From an uncultured Porphyromonadaceae bacterium (GTDB lineage Bacteria; Bacteroidota; Bacteroidia; Bacteroidales; Muribaculaceae), in contig CAMWSP010000001.1 in assembly GCA_947176935.1 (NCBI GenBank), positions 20-64,019 of the forward strand: 64,000 bases of DNA, in the 5' to 3' direction. The translations under genes were made by a program, and so were the position numbers. This document shows positions 1-8,824 of this stretch, piece after piece. The notes below the pieces were generated by a model. The model did not search any database. It was given only the letters and a program-made list of their open reading frames with translations, and was not told the DNA's origin. How positions within the stretch are numbered: position 1 is the stretch's first letter; the number at the start of each line of letters is the position of its first letter.

Positions 1-12
1 ATTTTCCAGGGG

Positions 13-20
13 CAAAGTTA
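13..20 (-). promoter_or_regulatory. Bacteroidota -7 box (TAACTTTG on the minus strand) for a gene beyond the left edge
   Basis: caaagtta on the plus strand, embedded in GCAAAGTTACGCAAA, the same extended context seen at 58425-58440. Confidence 0.4.
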
Positions 21-37
21 CGCAAAATTTGGGAAAG

Positions 38-3000
38 TTACAAGTGGCGGCCGGCGGTGTGTGACTGAAATTCGGGGGCGTATTGGCTTTGGGCCTGTGC
101 CGGGGCGAGGGAGAATGAGCCGGAGGCGGTAACGTAGAATGTTTCAGTCAGTTGCGTGGTGCCTTTGGGTAGGCGGGTCAGGTACCAGTTGGTCTGCGTG
201 GCGGTGGGTTCGCGATAGGCGGGAGCCATGCCGGTGTAGACCATGGAGGGGAGCTGGTCAACGGCCTGGAAGGCGGCACACGGAGGCTGGGTCACGAGCA
301 GGTAGTCGATGCTCTGAGCGGCTTCGAGAGTGAGGGTTACGGTTATTTTCTCGCCGGGGGCCATTCGGCCGCTGATGGTGCGGGTGAGCTTCAGGCGGTC
401 GGATGCGAAGGCCTCGACGCGGCCAACCGAGTCGGTTGAGGCGCTGAACACTCCGCCCCAGGCCGGATATTGGCCTTTATGGATTTCCACTTCGCCTCCG
501 TCGGGGAGGTCAAGGCGGAATTCGCCGAGGAAGCTGTTGGCGCTGATGTCGGCGGGCTGATTGTTGACCTTCACGCTCAGGGAGTTCGAGGCGGGCACGA
601 GCCAGGTTTGGCCGCTGTTGAGAATGGCGGCAACGAGGGCGCTGACATCGGTGCGGGCCGAGGCGTCGGCGCTCTGCAGGCGCCGGAGCCATGCGTTGCG
701 GATAATTCCCACTTCGGCGCATTGGGGCTCGATGGCGGCGAAGGCATTGAGCAGCACGGGGTCGAGCGGCATCTGATTCCACGCTTCGTGCTGGCGCAGC
801 GATTCGATGAGCTTGCGGGCGGTTGTGGGGTAGTTGTTTTCGTGTAGAATGATTGCCGCGCGGGCCAGCTCGGAGAGCGACAGGTCGCGCCAGTGGCCAA
901 CGAGGTGCTGAACGGTGGCTTCGGCTGCGCGGCGGGCGGGAGCGGATTGGCGCACGTCGGCAAAGCGCGAGCGGAGCATCACATAGGCCGGGAAGGTGGC
1001 TTTTTTGTTTTTGGCGAACTCGCGGGCCACTTCGCGGTCAAGGTATTCAACCGCCGCGGCGGTGAGTTTTTTCAGCTCCGCGTTTTCGGGCATGTAGCCC
1101 ATGCGTTTGAGGTCGGCCAGGGTTGATAGGACGCGCATGGTTACCCATTGCGAAGCGTCGGAGTTACCTTCGACCCAGGCCAGGCCGCCCTGGCGCGTGA
1201 GTTTAGAGAGGGTTGAAACTGCGTCGCCGATATTGCGGTCAATCAGCTTGTTGTTGAAAAGGAGCATCAGGCGGGCGCGCTGCTCGGACTGGCGCTGCGC
1301 GGCGCTGAGGAAGGGCGTGGAAGATAGCAGAGCGAGCTTGAGGTCGTCGTTGCGCATCAGTCGGGAAATCAGAACGGAATCCGACTGTTCCCAGCTATGG
1401 AGCGCACGGCCGATTTCGGGGTGGCTGCGCATCAGGCCGCGGGCGGTTGCGGCGCTGAACAGGAGGTTGGCGGCGGTCAGCGCCGAGCGGCCCTGAGGCG
1501 CCGACAGGCCGGGCAGCTGGGCCACGCATTCCCAGGTGGCATTGGCGGTGAAGGTCAGAGCGCCGCCGCGCGGAATCGAAACGGTGGTTTCCGTCGAATC
1601 GGAGGGGAGGAACAGGGGAGTGCCGGTCGTAACGGTCATTTCCGACGGCAGAATGGCCAGCAGCGACTGCTCGCCGTCGGCAAAGCGGCCGGAGGCGGCG
1701 CGCACGCGGATTCCGACCATGGCCACGCCCTCGGGCGCGGTAAATGGCGCTGAAATCAGCGCCGAGCCGTTGGCGGCGATAGTGTCGGCAAACTGATGGC
1801 GGGCAATGACCGAATCGTTGGCCGGATTGAAGATTTCAATGAGCGATGCGGCCGGGGCTGCGGAGTCGGTTGCGTTCTGCACCAGGGCGCGGAGCTCTAT
1901 GCTGTCGCCGGCGCGCATGAACCTCGGCAGCTGGGGCTGCACCATTATCGGCTTGGATGCCACTATGTCGGACTCAAACAGCCCGCTGAGCAGCTGGCGG
2001 TTATAGGTCAGCGCCTTGACTGCCCAGGTGGTGTTGGCGTTCGGGGCGGTAAAGGTTACCTGCAGCGAGCCGTCGGGGGCGGTTGTGAGTTCCGGCATCC
2101 ATAGGGCCACCGGCAGTTCCGGCAGCCGGTAGTCGTCGTTGTTGGCCGTAGCGGCGCTGTTGGCCCCGCCGGTGCCGCGGATTTTGAGCTCGGCCAGCCC
2201 CTCTGTGGCCCCGGTGTCGGCGGCGCTCTCTTCCGCCACCGCTTCATCGGCCTCGAAGCTATCCATCATGGCCATCTTGGCGGGCGCTGAGGTAAGCAAG
2301 GTGCGGCTCATGGCCTTTTCGGTCATGTATAGCCCATTTCTGACAACCATGCGCCGGCCATACAGGTTGAACCGCGCGCTGACGTTGGCCAGCGGCGAGG
2401 CGAGCTTCGGCACCACGCAGTTGCCCGAACGGTCGGTATAACTATTGGCAAAGCTGAAATTCAGGCTGCGGCCCCACGGCTGCAGCGCGTTAAACGCCCA
2501 GGGGAGCGGGCGCAGGGCATCGAGCGCACGCGAATAAACGTTGAGCATCACCGCCGCCTGCTGTTCGCGGCCAAGATTGTCGGCCACGCTCAGGGTCCAG
2601 GTCTCGGATTCGCCGGGAATCATGCGGTTGCGCATGGATTCGACTTTGAGCGTCAGCGAGCGCGCTATGTTGCTGCGGCGGATGCTCACGTCGCGCGTGT
2701 AGAAGCGGTAGTCGCGCAGGGTCAGAAGCGAAATGGTGGCGTTGTTGACCGAGTCGGGCAGGGTAACGTCGACGAAGAAGTTGCCTCGCTCCGGAGTCAG
2801 CCAGCGCTGCTCTATGATGCTGTCGGGCGTGTATTTGACCATGAGGATATGGCTGTCGGCGTAGCTTGTTCCGACCAGCAGGCGGCTGCCCGGCTCGGCG
2901 GTGGTTACCGGCACGAACAGGCCGCTTTCCGACGGCGGCATCAGGTCGGAGCGGCGGTAAACCTCAATGTTGTAGGCGCTTGGGTGGGCCTCGGCGGCGC

Positions 3001-5020
3001 TGACGGTCAGCGAGTATTTTCCGGAAGGCACGTTGCTCCAGCTTGAGTCGGGCACTATGGTGTCGCCGGCGGCTACCAGAGTTTGCGTCACAGGCAGGTC
3101 TGCGGCCGCGCCCAGGACATTGCGCAGAGTGAAGCGCGGAGGATTGGCGGCATCAACAAAGCTGCCGACTTCGCCCTCGATGAAATAGCGATAGAACGGA
3201 ATGAAGGCCTGCGCGTCGTGGCTTTCGCCGGAGGGGGATGTGGCCGTTACGGAGGCGCTGAGATTCGTGCCGGCGGGCACTTGCATCCGCACCGAAAATT
3301 CGCCGGCCGAGTCGGCCGCAACGGTGTCGGTAGCCACTGTTGAGCCATAGGCATTGCGGAAATCGCGATACCACACCCAAACGGGTCGCTCCTTGATGCT
3401 GAGTGCAATCTGCGCATTGGCCAGGGGCATGCCATTGTAGCCCACGGCGCTGCCGCGCAGTTCAACCGATGTGGAATCAACGCGTTCGGCCCGGAGCTCA
3501 ACCTCGAATGTCGGAGCCTTATAGTCTGCCACTGTGAACATTGCGTGGCCCATATTGCCTATTTCCATGTGGAAATATCCCAGCAGCCCTTCGGCGGGTA
3601 GAGGAAAGGCGCCGCTGATGCGGCCGAAGTCGTCGGAACGGAGCGAAAGAGTGTCAATCTGCTGATAATTAGCGTTAAAGAGCTTTACCGTTACCGGCAG
3701 GCCGGTGAGCAGCGAGCGACTCATGCCCTTGGCCTCCATCAGGGTGGCGGCGAAGCGCACTGTGTCGCCGGGGTGGTATATGGCCCTGTCGGTGACTGTG
3801 TTAGCCGCACGGCGCGCGTCGGCCGACGGCTCGTAGCCCCGGCCATTGTAAATGGTCGGCGAATATATGTCGGCTCCGCGTTCGCCTTTTGTCTGGTTTT
3901 GCTTGACAGTTAGGAATTTAACGTCAGTCTGCTCGGCGCCGTTGATAACGTCGAGCGCCATTGCCGGCCATTGCTGATTGCCATAAATCTGACGCGCCAG
4001 CAGGAAGTCAGTAACCGTTACGGGGTTGTAGGATAGGTGTTTATCTTCGATTCCGGCGAAGCGCGGAATGATGCGATACTTGCCGTAGTTCTTGAGTGTT
4101 ATGCTGACTGTGGTGTCGGCCGAGAACACTCCATTGCCGGCAAAAGTCAGTTTAATTTGGTCAAAATCGCGAGAATTTGGTTCATTTTCGTGAATTTCCA
4201 GTACCGCTTCGTTCAAACATGTGGCAGAAACTTTGATTCGAAGTTCCTTGTTGCGGCCAACGATGGTGTTACACTCCGAGGTTATTTCCGGGCGGAGCAG
4301 GTAGGCGATGGCGGAGCGGACCTCGTCTGACTTTTCGGGCAGAGCGTCGAGTAGCGAATAAACATGGCGGCGCTCGTCGAGGTCCGATGCCGCGCGGGCC
4401 AGCGCCAGCATCGGGTAAACGCTAACCGAAGTTGACTTGAAGCGTTCGTAGAGCCGCAGCAATGCTTCGTAGCCATAGGTGCGGCTCAGTTCAAGGTATA
4501 TCAGCGGATAAAGGCGGTCGTGGTCATAGGCCTTGGCCTCGGCCAGAATCGAGTCGGGCAGATTCGGAACCGCAGCTACCGCAAAGTCATAGAGCGTGGG
4601 AAAAAAGCGCTCGTCGGCATCGACCACCGAGCTCCAGGGCCGGGTCGGTTCCCGCCGCAGTTCGCTGACATAGCGCGTAATCGCGTCGATGGCCAGCGAA
4701 TCGTTGCCTGCCATGTTGGCTCTTGCCAGCTGAATCATGGCGCAAGTTGTCGGCGACTGGGTTCTGCCCTGCACTTTCGCCATGAACTCCAGCGCTGAAT
4801 TGGCGTTGTCGGGGTTGATGGCCACCTGAGCCAGCGAATAGTCGAGCAGTGCCCGCACCGTTGCGGGACCATCCTTTTTCTTCTCGGCGGTTTTCAGTTC
4901 CGCCTGCGCGGTTTTGCTAACGGTTTTCGGAAAAGCAAAATCGGGTTTTGAAGGCGTAGCCCCAAAACCCGTTATTGCTGCGATAGTCACCAGAAAACCG
5001 ATGATTACCAATCTGTTCAT
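38..5020 (-). CDS. alpha-2-macroglobulin family protein (large exported MG-domain protein)
   Basis: 1660-aa ORF with a signal-like N-terminus (MNRLVIIGFLVTIAAITGFG). An Ala/Asp/Glu-rich bait-like segment (aa ~905-965) is followed by LPELPVALWMPELTTAPDGSLQVTFTAPNANTTW, which matches the conserved post-bait motif of A2M-type proteins. CVAQ sits where the CxEQ thioester motif is expected. ATGA overlap with the upstream gene at 5017-5020. Confidence 0.7.
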   Translation of the reverse strand: MNRLVIIGFLVTIAAITGFGATPSKPDFAFPKTVSKTAQAELKTAEKKKDGPATVRALLDYSLAQVAINPDNANSALEFMAKVQGRTQSPTTCAMIQLARANMAGNDSLAIDAITRYVSELRREPTRPWSSVVDADERFFPTLYDFAVAAVPNLPDSILAEAKAYDHDRLYPLIYLELSRTYGYEALLRLYERFKSTSVSVYPMLALARAASDLDERRHVYSLLDALPEKSDEVRSAIAYLLRPEITSECNTIVGRNKELRIKVSATCLNEAVLEIHENEPNSRDFDQIKLTFAGNGVFSADTTVSITLKNYGKYRIIPRFAGIEDKHLSYNPVTVTDFLLARQIYGNQQWPAMALDVINGAEQTDVKFLTVKQNQTKGERGADIYSPTIYNGRGYEPSADARRAANTVTDRAIYHPGDTVRFAATLMEAKGMSRSLLTGLPVTVKLFNANYQQIDTLSLRSDDFGRISGAFPLPAEGLLGYFHMEIGNMGHAMFTVADYKAPTFEVELRAERVDSTSVELRGSAVGYNGMPLANAQIALSIKERPVWVWYRDFRNAYGSTVATDTVAADSAGEFSVRMQVPAGTNLSASVTATSPSGESHDAQAFIPFYRYFIEGEVGSFVDAANPPRFTLRNVLGAAADLPVTQTLVAAGDTIVPDSSWSNVPSGKYSLTVSAAEAHPSAYNIEVYRRSDLMPPSESGLFVPVTTAEPGSRLLVGTSYADSHILMVKYTPDSIIEQRWLTPERGNFFVDVTLPDSVNNATISLLTLRDYRFYTRDVSIRRSNIARSLTLKVESMRNRMIPGESETWTLSVADNLGREQQAAVMLNVYSRALDALRPLPWAFNALQPWGRSLNFSFANSYTDRSGNCVVPKLASPLANVSARFNLYGRRMVVRNGLYMTEKAMSRTLLTSAPAKMAMMDSFEADEAVAEESAADTGATEGLAELKIRGTGGANSAATANNDDYRLPELPVALWMPELTTAPDGSLQVTFTAPNANTTWAVKALTYNRQLLSGLFESDIVASKPIMVQPQLPRFMRAGDSIELRALVQNATDSAAPAASLIEIFNPANDSVIARHQFADTIAANGSALISAPFTAPEGVAMVGIRVRAASGRFADGEQSLLAILPSEMTVTTGTPLFLPSDSTETTVSIPRGGALTFTANATWECVAQLPGLSAPQGRSALTAANLLFSAATARGLMRSHPEIGRALHSWEQSDSVLISRLMRNDDLKLALLSSTPFLSAAQRQSEQRARLMLLFNNKLIDRNIGDAVSTLSKLTRQGGLAWVEGNSDASQWVTMRVLSTLADLKRMGYMPENAELKKLTAAAVEYLDREVAREFAKNKKATFPAYVMLRSRFADVRQSAPARRAAEATVQHLVGHWRDLSLSELARAAIILHENNYPTTARKLIESLRQHEAWNQMPLDPVLLNAFAAIEPQCAEVGIIRNAWLRRLQSADASARTDVSALVAAILNSGQTWLVPASNSLSVKVNNQPADISANSFLGEFRLDLPDGGEVEIHKGQYPAWGGVFSASTDSVGRVEAFASDRLKLTRTISGRMAPGEKITVTLTLEAAQSIDYLLVTQPPCAAFQAVDQLPSMVYTGMAPAYREPTATQTNWYLTRLPKGTTQLTETFYVTASGSFSLAPAQAQSQYAPEFQSHTAGRHL

Positions 5021-5517
5021 TCTGCTTTTTTCTTGTTTTTATGGCTGTTCTTGTGTGGCGGCGGCGGACACTGCTCCATCAGCTTGCGCTGGAAAGCATG
5101 TTCGGTTCCGCGGAGTTTATAGAGCTGACGCTTGGTCAGAACCTTGCGCAACGAGGCTTCATATTTGCTCTCGATCGAAGCGATTTCGGTGTTGAAGCGA
5201 TATTGCGCCTTGATGGCGGCATCGTAGTCGGCATCGGCTGCGGCCTCCCCTTTGGCCCTCACATTGCGTTCGGCCTGCTTCACCTTCTGCTCGGCGGCCA
5301 TGCGCTCTGCTTCTTTGGCGTCGTAGAGTTCAAAAAACTCATCGCGCTGATTCTCGGTCAGGTCCAGTTCCTTAATCAGAAAATCATGTTTCAGAGCCTT
5401 GAGTTTTTTCATCCATTCCTTGCGCTCGCCCCGGCCGGGACCTTTATCGCCCTGGGCCACTGCGGCGGCCGGCAGCAGGGTCAGCACAGCAAGGAGCATG
5501 ACAGTCAGTTTCTTCAT
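5017..5517 (-). CDS. periplasmic LTXXQ-motif protein (Spy/CpxP-like)
   Basis: 166 aa with a signal peptide (MKKLTVMLLAVLTLLPAAAVAQG). Two LTxxQ motifs (LTENQ, LTKRQ) in a helical Lys/Glu-rich body. 4-nt overlaps with both neighbours. Confidence 0.55.
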   Translation of the reverse strand: MKKLTVMLLAVLTLLPAAAVAQGDKGPGRGERKEWMKKLKALKHDFLIKELDLTENQRDEFFELYDAKEAERMAAEQKVKQAERNVRAKGEAAADADYDAAIKAQYRFNTEIASIESKYEASLRKVLTKRQLYKLRGTEHAFQRKLMEQCPPPPHKNSHKNKKKAE

Positions 5518-5891
5518 AAGCTTTCAGGTAATGATAGTCCGGCCTCGTAGATGTCATCGTAGAGGTCAATGTCGTTATAGGAAATATACTCGTCGACGTA
5601 GGCCAGGGTCTGGTCGTTTACAACGTCGGCAAACTGAGGCACCGCCGTTTGCGTCAAACCGCCGGTGAGAGTGAAAATATTCATCAGCAGATATATGCCT
5701 GCAAACATCGCTGCCAGGTAAACGTAAGGCCGGAGCATCTGCCATTTTGAACGTACAGCCGGTTCGGCTACGGGTACTTCGGCAGGCAAACGTTCCATCA
5801 TTCGGCGCTGAAAATCGTCGAAATAGCCCTCAGGCACGGTCATGCCGTTGCTCTTGGGAAGTTTGATATTGTCCGGTTTATTCATATTCAT
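5514..5891 (-). CDS. single-pass membrane protein, putative anti-sigma factor (positional call)
   Basis: 125 aa, directly downstream of an ECF sigma gene. One central TM helix (LRPYVYLAAMFAGIYLLMNIF). No zinc anti-sigma motif is visible. Confidence 0.35.
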   Translation of the reverse strand: MNMNKPDNIKLPKSNGMTVPEGYFDDFQRRMMERLPAEVPVAEPAVRSKWQMLRPYVYLAAMFAGIYLLMNIFTLTGGLTQTAVPQFADVVNDQTLAYVDEYISYNDIDLYDDIYEAGLSLPESL

Positions 5892-5920
5892 TGGTTTAGA
5901 CTCAAAATATGGCCGAAGGT

Positions 5921-6469
5921 TTAACGTGATTTAAGAAATTGTTCGATTTTCTTCACCGCGAAATGATAGGTGGCCTTCAGCGCGCCGACCGTGGTGCCGG
6001 TTATTTCGGCGATATCCTCATATTTCATGTCGTCGAAATACTTCATGTTGAACACCAGCTGCTGTTTGGCGGGGAGAGTTCCGATGGCCTGACGGAAAAG
6101 CTCGTGCGCCTCGTCGCCGTCGAAGTAATCGTCGGCTTCGAGAGTGCCGGCCACCGAGAGGCCCTCGTCGTTCTCCGCGTCGAGGCTGGTCGTGGGGCGC
6201 CGCTTCTGCTTGTCCAGGTGGGTGAGAGCCTCGTTCAGAGCTATTTTGTGGAGCCAGGTGGAGAGTTTGGCATCGCCGCGGAAATCATCCATTGCGGCCC
6301 AGGCCTTCATGAAAGTGTTCTGCAGCAAATCGTCGGCGTCGTCATGGTCGCTGACCAAACGGCGTATCTGCCAATACAAAGGCTCGCTGAACTGCTTGAG
6401 CAGGTCGGCGAATGCTTCGCGGCGCGTCAGCGGGTCGCGCAATCGGTCTTCGAGCGAACGATTCTCCAT
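5921..6469 (-). CDS. RNA polymerase ECF-type sigma-70 family factor
   Basis: Region 2 (DDADDLLQNTFMKAWAAMDDF...WLHKIALNEAL) and region 4 HTH (YEDIAEITGTTVGALKATYHFAVKKI). Start set at ATG 6469 (MENRS) because a TATCTTTG -7 box at 6478-6485 lies inside the longer track ORF. Confidence 0.85.
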   Translation of the reverse strand: MENRSLEDRLRDPLTRREAFADLLKQFSEPLYWQIRRLVSDHDDADDLLQNTFMKAWAAMDDFRGDAKLSTWLHKIALNEALTHLDKQKRRPTTSLDAENDEGLSVAGTLEADDYFDGDEAHELFRQAIGTLPAKQQLVFNMKYFDDMKYEDIAEITGTTVGALKATYHFAVKKIEQFLKSR

Positions 6470-6477
6470 AATCACCG

Positions 6478-6485
6478 CAAAGATA
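6478..6485 (-). promoter_or_regulatory. -7 box TATCTTTG upstream of the ECF sigma gene
   Basis: caaagata on the plus strand, with 8 nt to ATG 6469. Confidence 0.5.
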
Positions 6486-6512
6486 CGCAAATTTTTCGAA
6501 ATATCCGCTGCT

Positions 6513-7760
6513 TCATAAAAACTTATGGGCGGAGCGGGGGGAGAGGATGGCGTCGATGATGTTGTCGGTGGCCGATTGGCCGCCTGGCGGAATCAGATAG
6601 TCGCGGCGATACTGCTCGCGCTCGGGCTTGAGCGGGTCAACTCCGTTGATGACGTTGAGAATGAACTGCTCTATGTCTTGGCGCGTCTGGCCGTGATAGT
6701 GCAGCGCGTGCGCGCGGATGTGCATTTCATTGTAGCCCGTGGAGTAGTCGGCCCCCGGCCGCTCCAGATACATCACCGGATTGCCCGTAAAGAGATATTC
6801 CATCGTAAACGAGCCGCAATCATGAATCATGGCGTCGGAGTGCTTGAACAGCCCCAGATAGGTGCCCGCCTCGAACTGGCTCCACTCCATTTGTGCCCAG
6901 CGGTTATAGTAAGCGTCGGTCGCCTCTTTGCCCCAGAACGTTTCGAGCTTTTTGCGCAGCCAGGGGTGGGGTTTGAACGCCCACTGCACCCGGTCGGAAT
7001 ATTTCTCGGCCAGTTCGAGCATCAGGGGGCCGGTGGTCATGAAGGTGGAGAGCTGCATCCAGTCGATAGGGTCGATGGTGTGGTGCGGCGCGAAGATAAT
7101 GCGCTTTTTGCCGGCCGACGGCTTCCAGGTGTCGGCCACCGACTCTTTGGGAATCAGCATCTCGTCCATTACGGGCAGCCCTGTGGCAAGCCCGTTGACG
7201 GCATGATTCCGGTTCAGCTTGCGATATGTTTCGAGGTTCAGCCGGTTTTCGTAGTACACCTGCCAGCAGTGATTCACCATCGGCACGTTGGTGGCCCACT
7301 CCTCGGTTGAACTGCGCATCGAGTAAATAACATAGCAGAACAGCGCGCGGCGGTTGCGGCCGAATTTATGGTTCGGAATGCAATCGCCCTCATAGGGGTG
7401 CTGGAAGAATATGATGTCGGGGTTGAGAGTGTCGCAGATGGTTTCGTTCGCGGTCAGTTCGCTATATGGATAGCCTTGCTTTTCGAAATATTCCTTCAGT
7501 TCGGCGCGGGAGTCTTTTCCGCGCATAATGATTATTGCGAGCTTGGGGTCGAAACGCGGGTGTTCCAGCATGCGCCGATATAGGGTTTCGGTTTTCCATG
7601 AAGCGAGATTGGACAGGGCAAAAACAACCGATATGCGCTCCTTGCGGCGCAGGCGGGCTGCCTTTACGCGAATCAGTACTGTGCGGTAGAACCACCAGAA
7701 CAAAGTGTCGGGCAGTTCCTTGAACCAGTTGATTGCCTTTTTGACTTTTTTCGATCTCAT
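6513..7760 (-). CDS. CDP-glycerol glycerophosphotransferase (TagB/TagF) family protein
   Basis: 415 aa. The C-terminal half (KKRIIFAPHHT...AFKPHPWLRKK...FKHSDAMIHDCGSFTMEYLFTGNPVMYLER) follows the TagF-family pattern (xLYAPTxR ... KxHP ... sDxLITDYSSvxFDfxxxxkPvif). Confidence 0.6.
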   Translation of the reverse strand: MRSKKVKKAINWFKELPDTLFWWFYRTVLIRVKAARLRRKERISVVFALSNLASWKTETLYRRMLEHPRFDPKLAIIIMRGKDSRAELKEYFEKQGYPYSELTANETICDTLNPDIIFFQHPYEGDCIPNHKFGRNRRALFCYVIYSMRSSTEEWATNVPMVNHCWQVYYENRLNLETYRKLNRNHAVNGLATGLPVMDEMLIPKESVADTWKPSAGKKRIIFAPHHTIDPIDWMQLSTFMTTGPLMLELAEKYSDRVQWAFKPHPWLRKKLETFWGKEATDAYYNRWAQMEWSQFEAGTYLGLFKHSDAMIHDCGSFTMEYLFTGNPVMYLERPGADYSTGYNEMHIRAHALHYHGQTRQDIEQFILNVINGVDPLKPEREQYRRDYLIPPGGQSATDNIIDAILSPRSAHKFL

Positions 7761-7768
7761 GTCAGTCT

Positions 7769-8824
7769 TTATGCGAAAAGTGCGAGAACATAGGCCACTA
7801 TCCAGCGGCGCACCTTATTGCGCACTGAAATTCCGCGCCGGTCGCGCCGGTCGAATCGCGGACGCCCCGGGTGAACATCGCCGCCGTTGGCCTTCAAGGC
7901 CTTCATTGTCCGATAGATGTTGGCCAGCGAATCGCCGCCGAGCACTATGGAACAGAGCGCGCGGTTATAGCCGTAGCGGAAGTTTTCGGCCAGTCCCCGG
8001 CGGGACTGCGGCGCATCGAAAGCGGTCGACTCTATTTGTTTGGCTACGTCGAGCATACAGAGCAGATAGCCGCGATAGGCGGCGCCGAGGGCCGACAGGC
8101 GCGAGGCATCGGAAAGATGCAAGGCGCTGCCAGGACGCTGATGATAGAGATAGAGCGCGCGGTCAACGTAGAGCACCTGCGGATTGTGCATCATGGTGTG
8201 CCACGTCATTATAATATCTTCACCGACCGAATATTGCGGGTCAAAGCGGAGTCCGTTGGCTATCAGAAATTCGCGGCGATAAATGGTTGAGCAGGCGCCA
8301 TGGTGTGATGGCGGTCCGGTGAGCCCGTTGGTGCGTCTGACGAAGTCGGAAGCCGTGCACACAAAGAAATCCTCCGCGCTTAGGTTGGCTTGCGGAACGT
8401 TCGGCAGCAATGCCTCATAGGTGGCGGAATCTATTTCGCGGAACGTGAACTTAACAATATCGGAGCCGGTGCGCTCGGCTTCCTCACACATCGGAACGAG
8501 CGAATCGCGCAGCATTATGTCGTCGCTGTCAATGAAATAAACGAACCTGCCGCGCGCGGCTTCCAGCCCGAGGTTGCGCGCCGCTGAAACGCCGCGGTTT
8601 TCGGTGCGGATTGCGGTTACCGAGCCCGGATAGCGTTGCTGCCATGTCTGCGCAATGGCGTGGCAGTTATCGGTCGAGCCGTCGTCGATAACTATAAGTT
8701 CCCACTGGCCGGAAGGAAGGTTGCCGAACTGATGTTCAACAACATTGCGGATGGCAAAATCAAGAAATGCCGCCGTGTTATAGGCCGGCATAACTACGCT
8801 CAGCTGAGGAACAGTTCTTTCCAT
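7769..8824 (-). CDS. glycosyltransferase family 2
   Basis: LSVVMPAYNTAAFL...WELIVIDDGSTDN...GVSAARNLGLEAARGRFVYFIDSDD (GT-A fold, DxD motif). Confidence 0.85.
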   Translation of the reverse strand: MERTVPQLSVVMPAYNTAAFLDFAIRNVVEHQFGNLPSGQWELIVIDDGSTDNCHAIAQTWQQRYPGSVTAIRTENRGVSAARNLGLEAARGRFVYFIDSDDIMLRDSLVPMCEEAERTGSDIVKFTFREIDSATYEALLPNVPQANLSAEDFFVCTASDFVRRTNGLTGPPSHHGACSTIYRREFLIANGLRFDPQYSVGEDIIMTWHTMMHNPQVLYVDRALYLYHQRPGSALHLSDASRLSALGAAYRGYLLCMLDVAKQIESTAFDAPQSRRGLAENFRYGYNRALCSIVLGGDSLANIYRTMKALKANGGDVHPGRPRFDRRDRRGISVRNKVRRWIVAYVLALFA

